Virus record (IMG/VR): IMGVR_UViG_3300027754_003462
Strand: one strand, 5' to 3'
Length of the DNA stretch: 64,000 bases
Origin: a virus
The translations under genes were made by a program, and so were the position numbers. Below the pieces are notes generated by a model. The model ran no database searches. It was not told the DNA's origin and worked only from the letters and a program-made list of their open reading frames with translations. Below, one piece after another: positions 1 to 9,740 of the stretch. Numbering within the stretch: the first letter of the stretch is position 1; the number at the start of each line of letters is the position of its first letter.

Positions 1-119
1 TCAAATATTTCCCGTATCTCAGGAACCACTTGATCTAACACATGCGGTTCGGGCGGAGCAGGAGGTTCTGGCGGCGGAGGCGGAATATATGATGATTCGT
101 CTTCCTGTTCCCAGATCAT
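1..119 (-). CDS. Partial CDS (N-terminus only), proline-rich start, runs off the window
   Basis: ATG at 119-117 overlaps the upstream TGA (ATGA). The frame reads MIWEQEDESSYIPPPPPEPPAPPEPHVLDQVVPEIREIF and is open to the window edge. Confidence 0.6.
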   Translation of the reverse strand, partial: MIWEQEDESSYIPPPPPEPPAPPEPHVLDQVVPEIREIF

Positions 120-805
120 TCTATTGACCTTTGCTGGCAATATTCAGTTAGTATGCGTTCTCTGTGCCATTCACTACCCATGGGAGTGTCAGCAAACTCG
201 TGAAAGCATGGAGTGCCCAGGGTGTAATGCAACAACTTGGCCGCGGGATTAGGCCCGTATTCATCGGGTAACCAGTTCCATTCTGGCGGCAATTCACCAA
301 TGCGAGTATCATCCAACCACGAGAAGCGGTGGAGTTCACTACCTGTGGATCGTTGCACAAACTCAGGAGAAAGTTTACGATTGGGAAAACTATTACAATT
401 CCACAAAATAACACTAGACCAATTTTTTCTAGGATAGTCTTCATTTTTAGAACCTAGGTATTTCACAGGCATGCGAGTCTTGTAGACATGCTTGACCACT
501 TGCACGTCTTTGGTAACATCTTTCATAGCCCAAAGTTCTGCAACATCACCACGCACAATCATGTCACCGTCAATGAAGATAGCCGAACCCGAAAATCCCA
601 TCAAGTACGGCACCAAAAATCTTGTGTAGATAAAGTGATTGCTACCGTCAGTGTGTGTTTCCGAATAGTCCCGGAACAGATTCAGTGCTACAGGCACAAT
701 ACTCACAGGTCTGCTTGCGTGTCTAATAATGCTGTTGACACAGGTGTGATATGCTATGGCCTCACGCGGATCATAGCCAATAAAGATTGGTATAATGTCT
801 TTCAT
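116..805 (-). CDS. GT-A fold glycosyltransferase (GT8-like)
   Basis: IFIGYDPRE start, FIYTRF, DxD motif (IDGDM), RKNWSS and WNWL...HYTLG. Start moved to MKDII (805), which forms an ATGA overlap with the upstream stop. Confidence 0.8.
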   Translation of the reverse strand: MKDIIPIFIGYDPREAIAYHTCVNSIIRHASRPVSIVPVALNLFRDYSETHTDGSNHFIYTRFLVPYLMGFSGSAIFIDGDMIVRGDVAELWAMKDVTKDVQVVKHVYKTRMPVKYLGSKNEDYPRKNWSSVILWNCNSFPNRKLSPEFVQRSTGSELHRFSWLDDTRIGELPPEWNWLPDEYGPNPAAKLLHYTLGTPCFHEFADTPMGSEWHRERILTEYCQQRSIE

Positions 806-1557
806 CTGCGCTCGATATCCTCTTCTACACAATTCTCACCGTATTGTATTTCAATTAGTTTGAGTGGTTGGTCAGTTTCGTTGCACAACATGTGCCATTG
901 ATTTTTAGCAATCCAAATATATTCGTGCGGTCCATATGTACCTACCAAGTCGTGATCGCTTGAACTGTCTAGTGTGTAAACTGCGGCTTCACCTTGGGCC
1001 ACAAACCAAAACTCTGCACGTTGATCGTGACGTTGCATACTCAAACATGTTTTGGGTGCCACAGTAAGTTCTTTGAGTTTGGTATGTGTGCCTACTTCGT
1101 GTAACACACGATAGTAACCCCAGGCACGTGATGTTTTGGGAGTTTTCCACTCCTCTAATATCCAGGAACTAGAATTGGCTTTGTCTTCCCCTCCGACCCC
1201 AAACACAAATTCCACATCATCAAATACCTGTTCTGGAATGTTTTTGGATGTACGGTCTCCGCCGTTGGCAAACACAATTTCATCGTTGGGATATTTTTCC
1301 TTGACCTTGCGGATAGCATCAATGCTGGATCCGTCATCGTCGTTGAATTCGATTACTTCCCCAACCATGTGTAGATTGTCCAACACAATCATGCGTTCGC
1401 GCCAGGGCATGAATGGGCGGCCTTTTTTGCGTGTGAGCCACGCATCAGAGTTTAGGCCCACAACCACGTGATCACCCAGGTGATCAGCATGATTTAGGTA
1501 AGAGATATGCCCGGAATGCAGAGGATCAAAGCCACCAGTTACTATGACGATTTTCAT
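802..1557 (-). CDS. Bifunctional cytidylyl/adenylyltransferase (RfaE/HldE domain II or TagD-like) fused to a mannose-6-phosphate isomerase type II-like cupin
   Basis: TGGFDPLHSGH (HxGH) with GLNSD and FANGGDR. C-terminal RAWGYY..LSMQRH..RAEFW..WH..IEIQYG..EEDIER. Start set at MKIV, 5 nt after TAAATA. Confidence 0.8.
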   Translation of the reverse strand: MKIVIVTGGFDPLHSGHISYLNHADHLGDHVVVGLNSDAWLTRKKGRPFMPWRERMIVLDNLHMVGEVIEFNDDDGSSIDAIRKVKEKYPNDEIVFANGGDRTSKNIPEQVFDDVEFVFGVGGEDKANSSSWILEEWKTPKTSRAWGYYRVLHEVGTHTKLKELTVAPKTCLSMQRHDQRAEFWFVAQGEAAVYTLDSSSDHDLVGTYGPHEYIWIAKNQWHMLCNETDQPLKLIEIQYGENCVEEDIERR

Positions 1558-1565
1558 GCAGGTAT

Positions 1566-2018
1566 TTACACCTGGATGTCTTCCATGCCTGCAGTTCTTA
1601 GGCGGACCACATGTCCCATTTGCCACTGTTTGGTGTCCAGCCCCTTGAGTATGCCTAACCAGCGATTACGCAGGTACGCCACTTCATTGATCAAGGTTTC
1701 GTAGTCAATAACTTCGTCTTCGCCGTCCACATACTTTTCAGCATCTCTTGATGTCAGCGCACGAGCGTACCCTTCAAGATACTTTTGAAAATGTTTTCTA
1801 CGTATCTTACGCAGTTGGATATTGAGATAGTTTAGTACTGCCTCAATCTCTTGCAGTTGATTGTACCTAAACTCAGTGATGCCGGGCAAAGCGGTGATAT
1901 TCTTTTCCACTAGGCCGTAGATCTTGCAGTCCTTTTTGGCATCTTCAAGTTCACGCTCGTAGTGATTTATGAAGTCTGGGATGGCACCAAGGCTGGCAAC
2001 TACGCGGCTGTACCACAT
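1566..2018 (-). CDS. uvsY: Recombination mediator UvsY-like
   Basis: Helical 150-aa protein with YVDGED and KGLDTKQWQ motifs, close to uvsX and gene 32. Confidence 0.75.
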   Translation of the reverse strand: MWYSRVVASLGAIPDFINHYERELEDAKKDCKIYGLVEKNITALPGITEFRYNQLQEIEAVLNYLNIQLRKIRRKHFQKYLEGYARALTSRDAEKYVDGEDEVIDYETLINEVAYLRNRWLGILKGLDTKQWQMGHVVRLRTAGMEDIQV

Positions 2019-2281
2019 TAGTTTTCCCAGTCTTCGTCTTCTTCCTCTTCTTCTGACTCATCTTCTTCATCTTCTGCCGCATAGTCTTTGTCGTTGTCAA
2101 GATATGCAGTCAGCGCACGTTTGATGTCTGAATCACCTTTGAAGGCCGCACGAATGTCTTCCACATCACTATCATTGTCCATCAAGATCTGTATCACAGT
2201 TTCCGCAGCTTCGTCACGGTCTACTGTGTTTACAAAACGCTTGAGTTCTCCCCAAATTTCACTGGCTATTGTTTCACTCAT
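2018..2281 (-). CDS. Small acidic hypothetical protein
   Basis: ORF overlaps both neighbours and has a GGAG SD. Ends in a D/E-rich tail. Confidence 0.7.
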   Translation of the reverse strand: MSETIASEIWGELKRFVNTVDRDEAAETVIQILMDNDSDVEDIRAAFKGDSDIKRALTAYLDNDKDYAAEDEEDESEEEEEDEDWEN

Positions 2282-3332
2282 CTGCTGTTTCCTCCGGAGT
2301 ACTTACCTCTGCTCTCTGATTTGCAAAGTCTTTCATAACAGTATCGAGACAATTGTCGTCATTGCGTTCCCATGCCTTACGAAACTTCTTGATCACTTCG
2401 CCGTCGCTTGTGGTAAACACCAAACTATTGCCTTCTTTCTTGAGCATGGCTTTCTTCTCAATCAAGTCGGTTAGTCCCGAATAAGGACTCATTCCAGTTT
2501 CGTACGGAATTTTAACTTGTACACCTTCGAAGGGTTTGGCGTAGCGAGTTTTCATTACCTTGCATGCGGCACGAATGCCCATGACGTCGGTAATCTTGTT
2601 ACCGTCTTCATCTTCTTTGAGTTTGAGTTTTTTCATGGCAACAACAATCGAACTTGCATAAACAAACCCTTGACCACCCGAGATTTTATCGTCAGGATCA
2701 AACATGTCTTGACTAGCGTATGTGTGATTGGTACAAACCAAGCCCACATTGTAACTGCCAAACATGTTTACACAGTTACGAACCAGTGCAGTAAGTGCTT
2801 TGGGTTTACGGCCCATGTCACCTTTCATATCACCCGCATCGAACTGGTTAACGTCAGTAGGGGTAAGCAACATGCCCAATGAGTCAATAACAAACAACAC
2901 CTTTGGACGTTCGCCATCTGGTAGTGCTTTGTAGTCGCTCATGAATGTGGAGATTGTTTTGGCCACATCATCGATCATGGCCATTGACAATTTCAACAAC
3001 TTGGTGTCGCTAGTGTCTACCCCAAGATCATGCAACCATTTTTCATCTAGTGCATTTTCACTATCAATCAGCACCACATAGATGCCTTGCTCCTGTGCGT
3101 TCTTAATAATGTTCCCAGAACAAATATAACTTTTACCGGCACCCGATTCGCCAGCAAACACAGTAACTTTGCCCAATGGTACGCCGCGAGTGAAGTCTCC
3201 GCTGATCAGGTAGTTCAAGGCATAGTTGCCTGTTGAGATCCAGTCTGTGGGATCGTTAAATCCAATACTAAGGCCATCAATGCTCTTAGTGATTTCCTTG
3301 CGGAACTTGCTTACGTCAAATGGTTTTCCCAT
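2274..3332 (-). CDS. uvsX: RecA-like recombinase UvsX
   Basis: Walker A GESGAGKS, DSE, Walker B FVIDSLG, TNH and SGG motifs. Confidence 0.95.
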   Translation of the reverse strand: MGKPFDVSKFRKEITKSIDGLSIGFNDPTDWISTGNYALNYLISGDFTRGVPLGKVTVFAGESGAGKSYICSGNIIKNAQEQGIYVVLIDSENALDEKWLHDLGVDTSDTKLLKLSMAMIDDVAKTISTFMSDYKALPDGERPKVLFVIDSLGMLLTPTDVNQFDAGDMKGDMGRKPKALTALVRNCVNMFGSYNVGLVCTNHTYASQDMFDPDDKISGGQGFVYASSIVVAMKKLKLKEDEDGNKITDVMGIRAACKVMKTRYAKPFEGVQVKIPYETGMSPYSGLTDLIEKKAMLKKEGNSLVFTTSDGEVIKKFRKAWERNDDNCLDTVMKDFANQRAEVSTPEETADE

Positions 3333-3334
3333 GT

Positions 3335-4111
3335 TTACTCCAATGTAATAAAATTATTTTCTATCAGTGAATTCTTATAGAACAATTGCCTGTATTGTAA
3401 CAGATTTTCATCTAGTTTGTCAAAGTTTGCCAGTGGCATTTGGCTACCCACACAGGGCAAACCATGTTGATCACACCATGTTTGATATTGTGTTGGCGGT
3501 GCCCATGTTTCGGGTCGTGCTACATTCAATTGCAATGTTGTGTATAATTCCGAAAAGTCATTCAAATCAGTATCCACAATTGAGTCGTTGTTTTGCCATT
3601 TTTGCCAAGTAGATCTACCAAGATTGTTGTAGGCAATAGATATATTGTAAACTCCGAATCCCAATGCCCTTGTACCAAAACGGTTGGACATTGTGTAATT
3701 GGGATCTGGAGTGACTGCTTTGAAATTCAAAGTAGACTCCTCAATAGCATGTATCAATTTATTGATTGCCTCTAGATCTCCCGGCAACACATGATCTGCT
3801 ACAGTAGCAATATTAGGAAAACGTTGATGAAGTTTGACCCACAGTCTGTGTAGATGATTGAGATCATCTTGATTGCCTGGGTCAAGCTCCATATCAAAAT
3901 CTGTCAAATGCAATCGATTGTGAACAAAAGATTGTATGCGATCAAAACGTTGTTGTAATTCTTGACTCAGAGAAGCATACCCTAGGTCCGACACTGTGTA
4001 TTGATTTAGAGCACGAGAATTAAGTTGCTCTACAAAATATTCGTAAACACTGTGATCGATAACCGCAAGTTCTATAACATCATGAGTTTGAGTCCAGCGC
4101 AGTTTTGGCAT
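3335..4111 (-). CDS. Hypothetical protein
   Basis: Long ORF filling the gap between gene 32 and uvsX. Start set at MPKLRW, after the terminator. Confidence 0.65.
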   Translation of the reverse strand: MPKLRWTQTHDVIELAVIDHSVYEYFVEQLNSRALNQYTVSDLGYASLSQELQQRFDRIQSFVHNRLHLTDFDMELDPGNQDDLNHLHRLWVKLHQRFPNIATVADHVLPGDLEAINKLIHAIEESTLNFKAVTPDPNYTMSNRFGTRALGFGVYNISIAYNNLGRSTWQKWQNNDSIVDTDLNDFSELYTTLQLNVARPETWAPPTQYQTWCDQHGLPCVGSQMPLANFDKLDENLLQYRQLFYKNSLIENNFITLE

Positions 4112-4116
4112 ACAAT

Positions 4117-4141
4117 AAAAACAAGGCCCGTAGGCCTTGTT
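4117..4141 (-). terminator. Rho-independent terminator after gene 32
   Basis: AACAAGGCC-TACG-GGCCTTGTT followed by T-run. The loop is a C(UACG)G tetraloop. Confidence 0.8.
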
Positions 4142-4144
4142 CAA

Positions 4145-5152
4145 TTACTTTTGCTGTCTAGCGCGGATCATGGCCAAAATGTCTTCGGCCTTTTGTCCAC
4201 TAGCGGCAGGTTTTGCCACAGGAGCGGTTGGTGCTGGTGCTTCGTCTTCATCAAAGTCGCTGACAGGAGCCGCTACTTTGAGTGCTGGCTTTGCTGCCAC
4301 TTCATGAACATCACCGTGTCCATCTACTGCTACAGCAGGTGCCGGAGTTGAACTACCGGCAGGTGCTTGTACACCAGCAGGACGGAAGTATTGACCCCAA
4401 CGCTCTGTGTCGTATGGCTGGCCATCAACTGATGCTTCAAACATCTCTTTGATCACCTTCAACTCAACATCAGTTGGCTTCTTGGGCAAGAATGTGCTCA
4501 AGTCAAACAGCCCATGTGCATCAACTGCGGCTTGTTCTGCTTCGGTCAGGGCCGACTCTTTACGAGCCCACTTTGACCCATTGTAGTCAGCGAAGCCGCC
4601 CTTGGCACCTTTGCTGATACGGAAGTCCAGGCCACGCAAGTAGTCTGTTGGCAATTCTTCCAGTTCAGGATCCATCAAGGCTCCTTTGATGGTTGTGAAG
4701 ATTTGTGGACCAATGATGAATCGGCGAATTGGATTCTCAGGTGACTTGTCATCGCTCAAGGGATTCTCACGCACAAAGCCTTGGAAAATGTAACTGCGTT
4801 TCTTCCAGTACTTACGACCCATGTCTTCAAGGCTCTTGTCCTTGAACCAGGTACGAACTTCTGCCAGGATTGGGCAGGCTTCGTTCCACATTTCCACGCA
4901 AGGTACTTGTACCATAACTTGCTTGGAGTCCATCTCTCCTTTGACGCCGTTGAAGGGCAAACGAATCATTGCTCGTTCTTGCCAGAAGAATGTGTTTTTT
5001 GTGTTACCGTCGGGTAGGAAGCGTAATGTGGCAGATGCGCCTTCTTCCATGTTCCAATGTGGGTAAATCGAATTGTCCCCACCGGTGGATTGCCCACCTT
5101 GTTTTGATTCTGCCGCTTGTAAACGTGCGCGAATATCTGCTAATGATGCCAT
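4145..5152 (-). CDS. gp32: Single-stranded DNA-binding protein gp32
   Basis: LRFLP, CPI, YWKKRSY and DY..SKW motifs with a low-complexity C-terminal tail. Lies in the recombination cluster. Confidence 0.9.
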   Translation of the reverse strand: MASLADIRARLQAAESKQGGQSTGGDNSIYPHWNMEEGASATLRFLPDGNTKNTFFWQERAMIRLPFNGVKGEMDSKQVMVQVPCVEMWNEACPILAEVRTWFKDKSLEDMGRKYWKKRSYIFQGFVRENPLSDDKSPENPIRRFIIGPQIFTTIKGALMDPELEELPTDYLRGLDFRISKGAKGGFADYNGSKWARKESALTEAEQAAVDAHGLFDLSTFLPKKPTDVELKVIKEMFEASVDGQPYDTERWGQYFRPAGVQAPAGSSTPAPAVAVDGHGDVHEVAAKPALKVAAPVSDFDEDEAPAPTAPVAKPAASGQKAEDILAMIRARQQK

Positions 5153-5336
5153 ATTGTGTTGCCTTTCTATGCGTTAATATGATTTTAAAATTTAAGTCTT
5201 GCTTAAATGCTGCCTACAAGGTTATTTTAACACAGCCTGTCTGTGTTTCCTACCAGTACGGTAGAGAATTTTGCCTAACTAGTTGTTTACGGAAGTGTGC
5301 GCTACTACACACACTTCTTTCATGTGTTTATTTATG

Positions 5337-8132
5337 TTATTTCAGCAAAGCCAAGGATTTTATTCTTGCCAGCACAGCATCGCCTTCTTTAAGCCCATCG
5401 CCGAGTTTGTCACCAATCTTGCCGCCTGCTAGGCCTCCGATTACACCGCCAACTGGTCCGCCGGTTACAGCACCCATTGCTCCACCTGCAATTGCCCCTG
5501 GAAGTCCACCAATGGCTCCACCTAGGGCCGCGCCAGCCGCTGGGCCTACTGCTTGTCCGGCCATGTCACCTGCGATACCTCCGGCAGCACTGCCTGCCAA
5601 TGTACCTTTCCACCCATCAGTGAGTTTCCGTGCATTTCGCACAATCTCGTTGTCTTCATCACCGCGAGCCCGCCCAGGATTCTCATCTGAACCGTGATAC
5701 AAATTCTGACCGGCACTGTATATTGCATCAGCAGGTGCATTTGCTACGTCAGCGGCAGTTGCTCCAATATCTTTGGCAGTGTTGGTTATTGGAAGATTTG
5801 TTTCTCTTACAAATTTTGGAGTTTCATCAGGAGTGCCCGAATCATTGGCATTAGTGGCCATTTTATTGCCAAGCGTGGCTCCTACTATTCCTCCAGCAAG
5901 TGCTCCTGGAAGTCCGCCAGCGGCAAGGCCACCCATGCTGCCAACGAACCCACCAGCACCGGCACCTGCCAATTTTTCTCCAGGGTCATCTTCTTCGTCC
6001 ATGGTTTCATACATGCCGCCACATTCGGCCAGACCGTGTTCAGGACAGTATTCGCCTTCCATGGTCATGTTGCATCCGGCACCTTCTGTAGCCACTGGCA
6101 TGGCCATTGGGGCAATAAGGTTTTCATTTACACCTAATTCATCTGCCAGGCGATCGCTGATCCAGTTGTAAGGATCGCCAGTACGTGCTTTCATTGTGCC
6201 ATAAGGCATTTCACCATTGTCACTGTAGTAGTCATACAAGGCATGATACAGGTCATCATCAAGGTCACCGTTGGCTTCGAAGTTTTTGACTTCGTGTTTG
6301 AAACGGTTTAGAATGTGCTCTAGTGTTTCGCCTGCACTGTCCATCAAGCGGCTTTCGGCCACTGGCAATCCGGCCAAGTTACGCAGGCTGTTGATGTCTT
6401 CGAATGTGGCCAGGTTGTCACCTTCTGCCGCCACAGCAGGTTGTTGCGCTTTTGTAACACCAATTGTGAACTGTCCCATTACCGGTTGGGTAAATAACCA
6501 CCGCTGGTCTCTAAACATATCAAAGTATGGATTAACTGCTTTGTTCATGTTTTCCCCTGTAAGCGCACCAGGTTGCCGTAAATAAGGGTCGTTGAGACTC
6601 TTGCCCATTTCTCGATACACATCGTCTGCCCACCGCTGGCCTCTGCGTTTGCTGATAGTGATTGAACCATCATCATTGTATTTGGGCTCAAACTTGTCCT
6701 GACCACAATATTGATCTAATGATTTGAGTATTTTTTGAGCATACTGGTTAGTTGCCTGTGGATCTATTTGAGCATCTAACGCTGGCGCCACTTGTCCTGG
6801 TATTGCTTCCGCAATAGGTTGTTGTGGCATAGGATTAGGTGGTACAGCCGCTGCCACAGGAGCAGTTGCGCCTGTTTGTGGTTCGGCAGGATTGCCCGGA
6901 GCGACAGGCTCTGGCAACTCAACGCCCAGTTCGGCCAAGCGGTTCATAACTTCTGTATCGTTCCAGCAGTTGGCTCGCGGATCTTGATCAGCCAGAGCAT
7001 GCAGTCGATCAAACAATTCATCGTCACCCACCAAGTCATACAGTTGTTCTGTTGCGTTGGTTGCATCGGGACCAACAATGAGTTCTTTGGTCATGAGTGT
7101 TTTTAACTTGTCCAATTGCTCAGGAGTTTCTGGCAGGGTCCATGTGCCTTCTGCTAGATTGTTAATCCAGTTTTCAAAAATATCTGCTTCTTTCATATCT
7201 TGTCCTCTTTGCTGAATCTTGGCCAGCAGTGGTAATGCCGCTTCAATACGGCTGTCTATACTCTGTTCAATGAACAGGGTCTTGATGTTGTCAACAACAC
7301 CTTCTTGTTCGTTAATGGTGGCTGGATGCCACGATTCGAAATACTTTGCGTAGCCACGGCCTGAGGCCATGTGCTTGAGATTTTCACGTAAGGTTTGATA
7401 GTAGACTTGTGCTTCTGTTACTAGTTCTTGTGTGACACCTTCCAAGATACGATTGGCACTTGCTCTATTGAACCGGCTTAACACAGCAATTTCGGTTACT
7501 GTTTCTGAGATGTGACAGCCGCGAATGTCATAGGGCTTGCCACCTTGGCGCACATGTTCCAACATGGCTCTGGCACCACTTAGACTTTTAAATCCCAGTT
7601 TGAACTTTTCACCCTCGGCTGTTTCGATAAACATCCGGTCAATGTGGCGATAACGTGCATCACCTTCGCCCAAGGGCTGACTGTGTACAATTTGTAATCG
7701 GGCTTGAGTAGGCTCGCCTGCGTAACTGACTTTGCGAGTGCCATAGTAGCCTTCAAACAGGCCCTCTTGTATGGCTGCCATGCCTTGCATGGTGTGCTTG
7801 AGTTGGTTGATGTCCGCTATGCTGTGTGTCCAACGATTGCTGGTGGCCTTTTGATTCAGGTGCTGTAAGAAGTCAAAGAACTCTGACTTGTCATCACCTT
7901 CCATGGTACGACCTAGATTGTCCCCGTACATGATCTTCATCTCATTGTCGCTGTCCAGCACAATGACCATGGTGCCGTAGTTCTTGCCTGCGCCGGAAAT
8001 GTAGTCAAATGTAAATGTTTTGGCATCTTCTGCGTTGGAGGGCTTGCCCATTCGGTCCAGCATTTCGGGGTGGAAATTGCGTGTGGCCAGCAAATCCAGC
8101 AGTTGTTGTGATATAGAGTTTGTTGTTGCCAT
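5337..8132 (-). CDS. 931-aa modular protein, probably virion/head-associated, with C-terminal glycine zippers
   Basis: Long ORF with TAAATA 7 nt upstream. Contains recurrent hydrophobic-X-E motifs and GxxxG arrays. Confidence 0.7.
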   Translation of the reverse strand: MATTNSISQQLLDLLATRNFHPEMLDRMGKPSNAEDAKTFTFDYISGAGKNYGTMVIVLDSDNEMKIMYGDNLGRTMEGDDKSEFFDFLQHLNQKATSNRWTHSIADINQLKHTMQGMAAIQEGLFEGYYGTRKVSYAGEPTQARLQIVHSQPLGEGDARYRHIDRMFIETAEGEKFKLGFKSLSGARAMLEHVRQGGKPYDIRGCHISETVTEIAVLSRFNRASANRILEGVTQELVTEAQVYYQTLRENLKHMASGRGYAKYFESWHPATINEQEGVVDNIKTLFIEQSIDSRIEAALPLLAKIQQRGQDMKEADIFENWINNLAEGTWTLPETPEQLDKLKTLMTKELIVGPDATNATEQLYDLVGDDELFDRLHALADQDPRANCWNDTEVMNRLAELGVELPEPVAPGNPAEPQTGATAPVAAAVPPNPMPQQPIAEAIPGQVAPALDAQIDPQATNQYAQKILKSLDQYCGQDKFEPKYNDDGSITISKRRGQRWADDVYREMGKSLNDPYLRQPGALTGENMNKAVNPYFDMFRDQRWLFTQPVMGQFTIGVTKAQQPAVAAEGDNLATFEDINSLRNLAGLPVAESRLMDSAGETLEHILNRFKHEVKNFEANGDLDDDLYHALYDYYSDNGEMPYGTMKARTGDPYNWISDRLADELGVNENLIAPMAMPVATEGAGCNMTMEGEYCPEHGLAECGGMYETMDEEDDPGEKLAGAGAGGFVGSMGGLAAGGLPGALAGGIVGATLGNKMATNANDSGTPDETPKFVRETNLPITNTAKDIGATAADVANAPADAIYSAGQNLYHGSDENPGRARGDEDNEIVRNARKLTDGWKGTLAGSAAGGIAGDMAGQAVGPAAGAALGGAIGGLPGAIAGGAMGAVTGGPVGGVIGGLAGGKIGDKLGDGLKEGDAVLARIKSLALLK

Positions 8133-8150
8133 GGTAGTATATTTAGCGCA

Positions 8151-9740
8151 TCATCGCATCAAAGCAATGAAGGGAAAAGGTTCGATTATGTTATCAGTGT
8201 GGTCTTTTAGGTAGGAATTAAGGTCTGCATGATAAGATTGTAACAACATCAGCATACGGGTCACAAGCAGGCCTGCCATCACAAGATCATCTGTTTCTCC
8301 GATCTTGGCCGCGTAACTGGAACCGGCAGCCACAAATGTTTTTAGTTCAGTTATCAGGGGTTTTGAGTAGATCTTCATACGCCCAGATTCTATTAGAATT
8401 TTGAACTTGTTGCAGGCCACAATCTTGCTCTTGTTGGTAGTGGTAAATCCCTTGCGGATTCTGCGTCCGTTTGAACTTTGTACTGAATTGTCGCTGAGGA
8501 AATAGCCCGGGATATTTTCTTCTCCGTATTCTGCAATGGAGATCAAGGCTGCTTCACCCAAGGTATTGTTTTCCACTGAGTAGTAGATTTTCTTTTCATC
8601 CTTGACCACTGAGTGTATTTCTTTGATGATGTCTGCTAGGATTCGGATCTGTGTGGGCACATCCGTTCGGTTGTGGCGCCATTCGGCCACTTGTTCAGTG
8701 GTTTCTGCTTCAAATACTTGTATGGCCGAAGGATCGCCACCTGTACCCAGGCTAGGATCAAGTGCCACAATGTACATCTTGTCCTGGTCAATGGGGCGAT
8801 ACCAGCGTACTTGTCCAGTCTTGTGTGTGGGTTCTTGACCTTCCAGTTCCAATAACTTGATAGGAGCGATCAATGTTTCGTCGTTGATAACAAAGTCACA
8901 GTCCATCTCTCGACGGAAACGTTCGTCGCCTAGTTGGCTACGCTGTTCTGCGGCCCAGGCATCGTCACGGTCTGGGTGCTCACGCCAAAAGGCACGAAAT
9001 GCCCGAAAGCCGTTGATGCCCAGGCCATCGGCTCGTGGGTTGCCAAACTCATCTTCTGTCTTGTTGGCACCCTTCCAGATGTAGGCAAACTGATCTTCGT
9101 CTGAGTTGGGCGTGCTAGTGATAATTGCTTTACCACCTGTGCTCAGTGTGGGTGTGATAGATGTCCAGAACTCTTTGGCAATTGTGGGTCTCACAAACGC
9201 AAACTCGTCTAGATACAGCAAGGTAATACTCATACCACGACCGGTATTTTCAGTTGTTGTTTGACTTACAATACGTGATCCGTTGTCAAACTCTAACGAG
9301 CCTTTGTTGTAACTGGTGGCACCTGCTCTAATATGATTAGGGCATAGTTCATAGGCATAGCGAATACGTTGCATGATCTCTTGTGCGCCCAGATATTTGT
9401 GTGCGGCAATAAGAATAGTAGCATCAGGTATAAACATAGCATACCATAACAGGTAACCTGCGGCTGACGTTGACTTACCGGTTTGTCGAGGCATCAGCGA
9501 AATTGAGAAACGATTGTTGTGATAGTTTGCAATCAGTCTCTGTTGATATTCAAAAGCATGATACAACATTTTGCCACGAACAGGATGTTGAATATGAAAA
9601 AAGTTGTCCATGAAGTACATAGGGCCGGTCACAGGATCTGCGCACCGAGCAAAGTCTTCAAGTTCTGATTCAGTGAATGTTTCTCGACGATGTGGTGCTT
9701 TGACCAGTACAGTATCAAGCGTATTTTTTGCGCCAATCAT
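8151..9740 (-). CDS. gp17: Terminase large subunit
   Basis: Walker A PRQTGKS, Walker B YLDEFAF, TSTPN, and nuclease motifs ALDPS and DDLVMA. Start at MIGAK is inferred. Confidence 0.95.
   Translation of the reverse strand: MIGAKNTLDTVLVKAPHRRETFTESELEDFARCADPVTGPMYFMDNFFHIQHPVRGKMLYHAFEYQQRLIANYHNNRFSISLMPRQTGKSTSAAGYLLWYAMFIPDATILIAAHKYLGAQEIMQRIRYAYELCPNHIRAGATSYNKGSLEFDNGSRIVSQTTTENTGRGMSITLLYLDEFAFVRPTIAKEFWTSITPTLSTGGKAIITSTPNSDEDQFAYIWKGANKTEDEFGNPRADGLGINGFRAFRAFWREHPDRDDAWAAEQRSQLGDERFRREMDCDFVINDETLIAPIKLLELEGQEPTHKTGQVRWYRPIDQDKMYIVALDPSLGTGGDPSAIQVFEAETTEQVAEWRHNRTDVPTQIRILADIIKEIHSVVKDEKKIYYSVENNTLGEAALISIAEYGEENIPGYFLSDNSVQSSNGRRIRKGFTTTNKSKIVACNKFKILIESGRMKIYSKPLITELKTFVAAGSSYAAKIGETDDLVMAGLLVTRMLMLLQSYHADLNSYLKDHTDNIIEPFPFIALMR

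Noticed and set aside
4969-6585. Plus-strand Pro/Ala-rich ORFs
   Set aside because: They are the antisense reading of the glycine-zipper region of the 931-aa gene.
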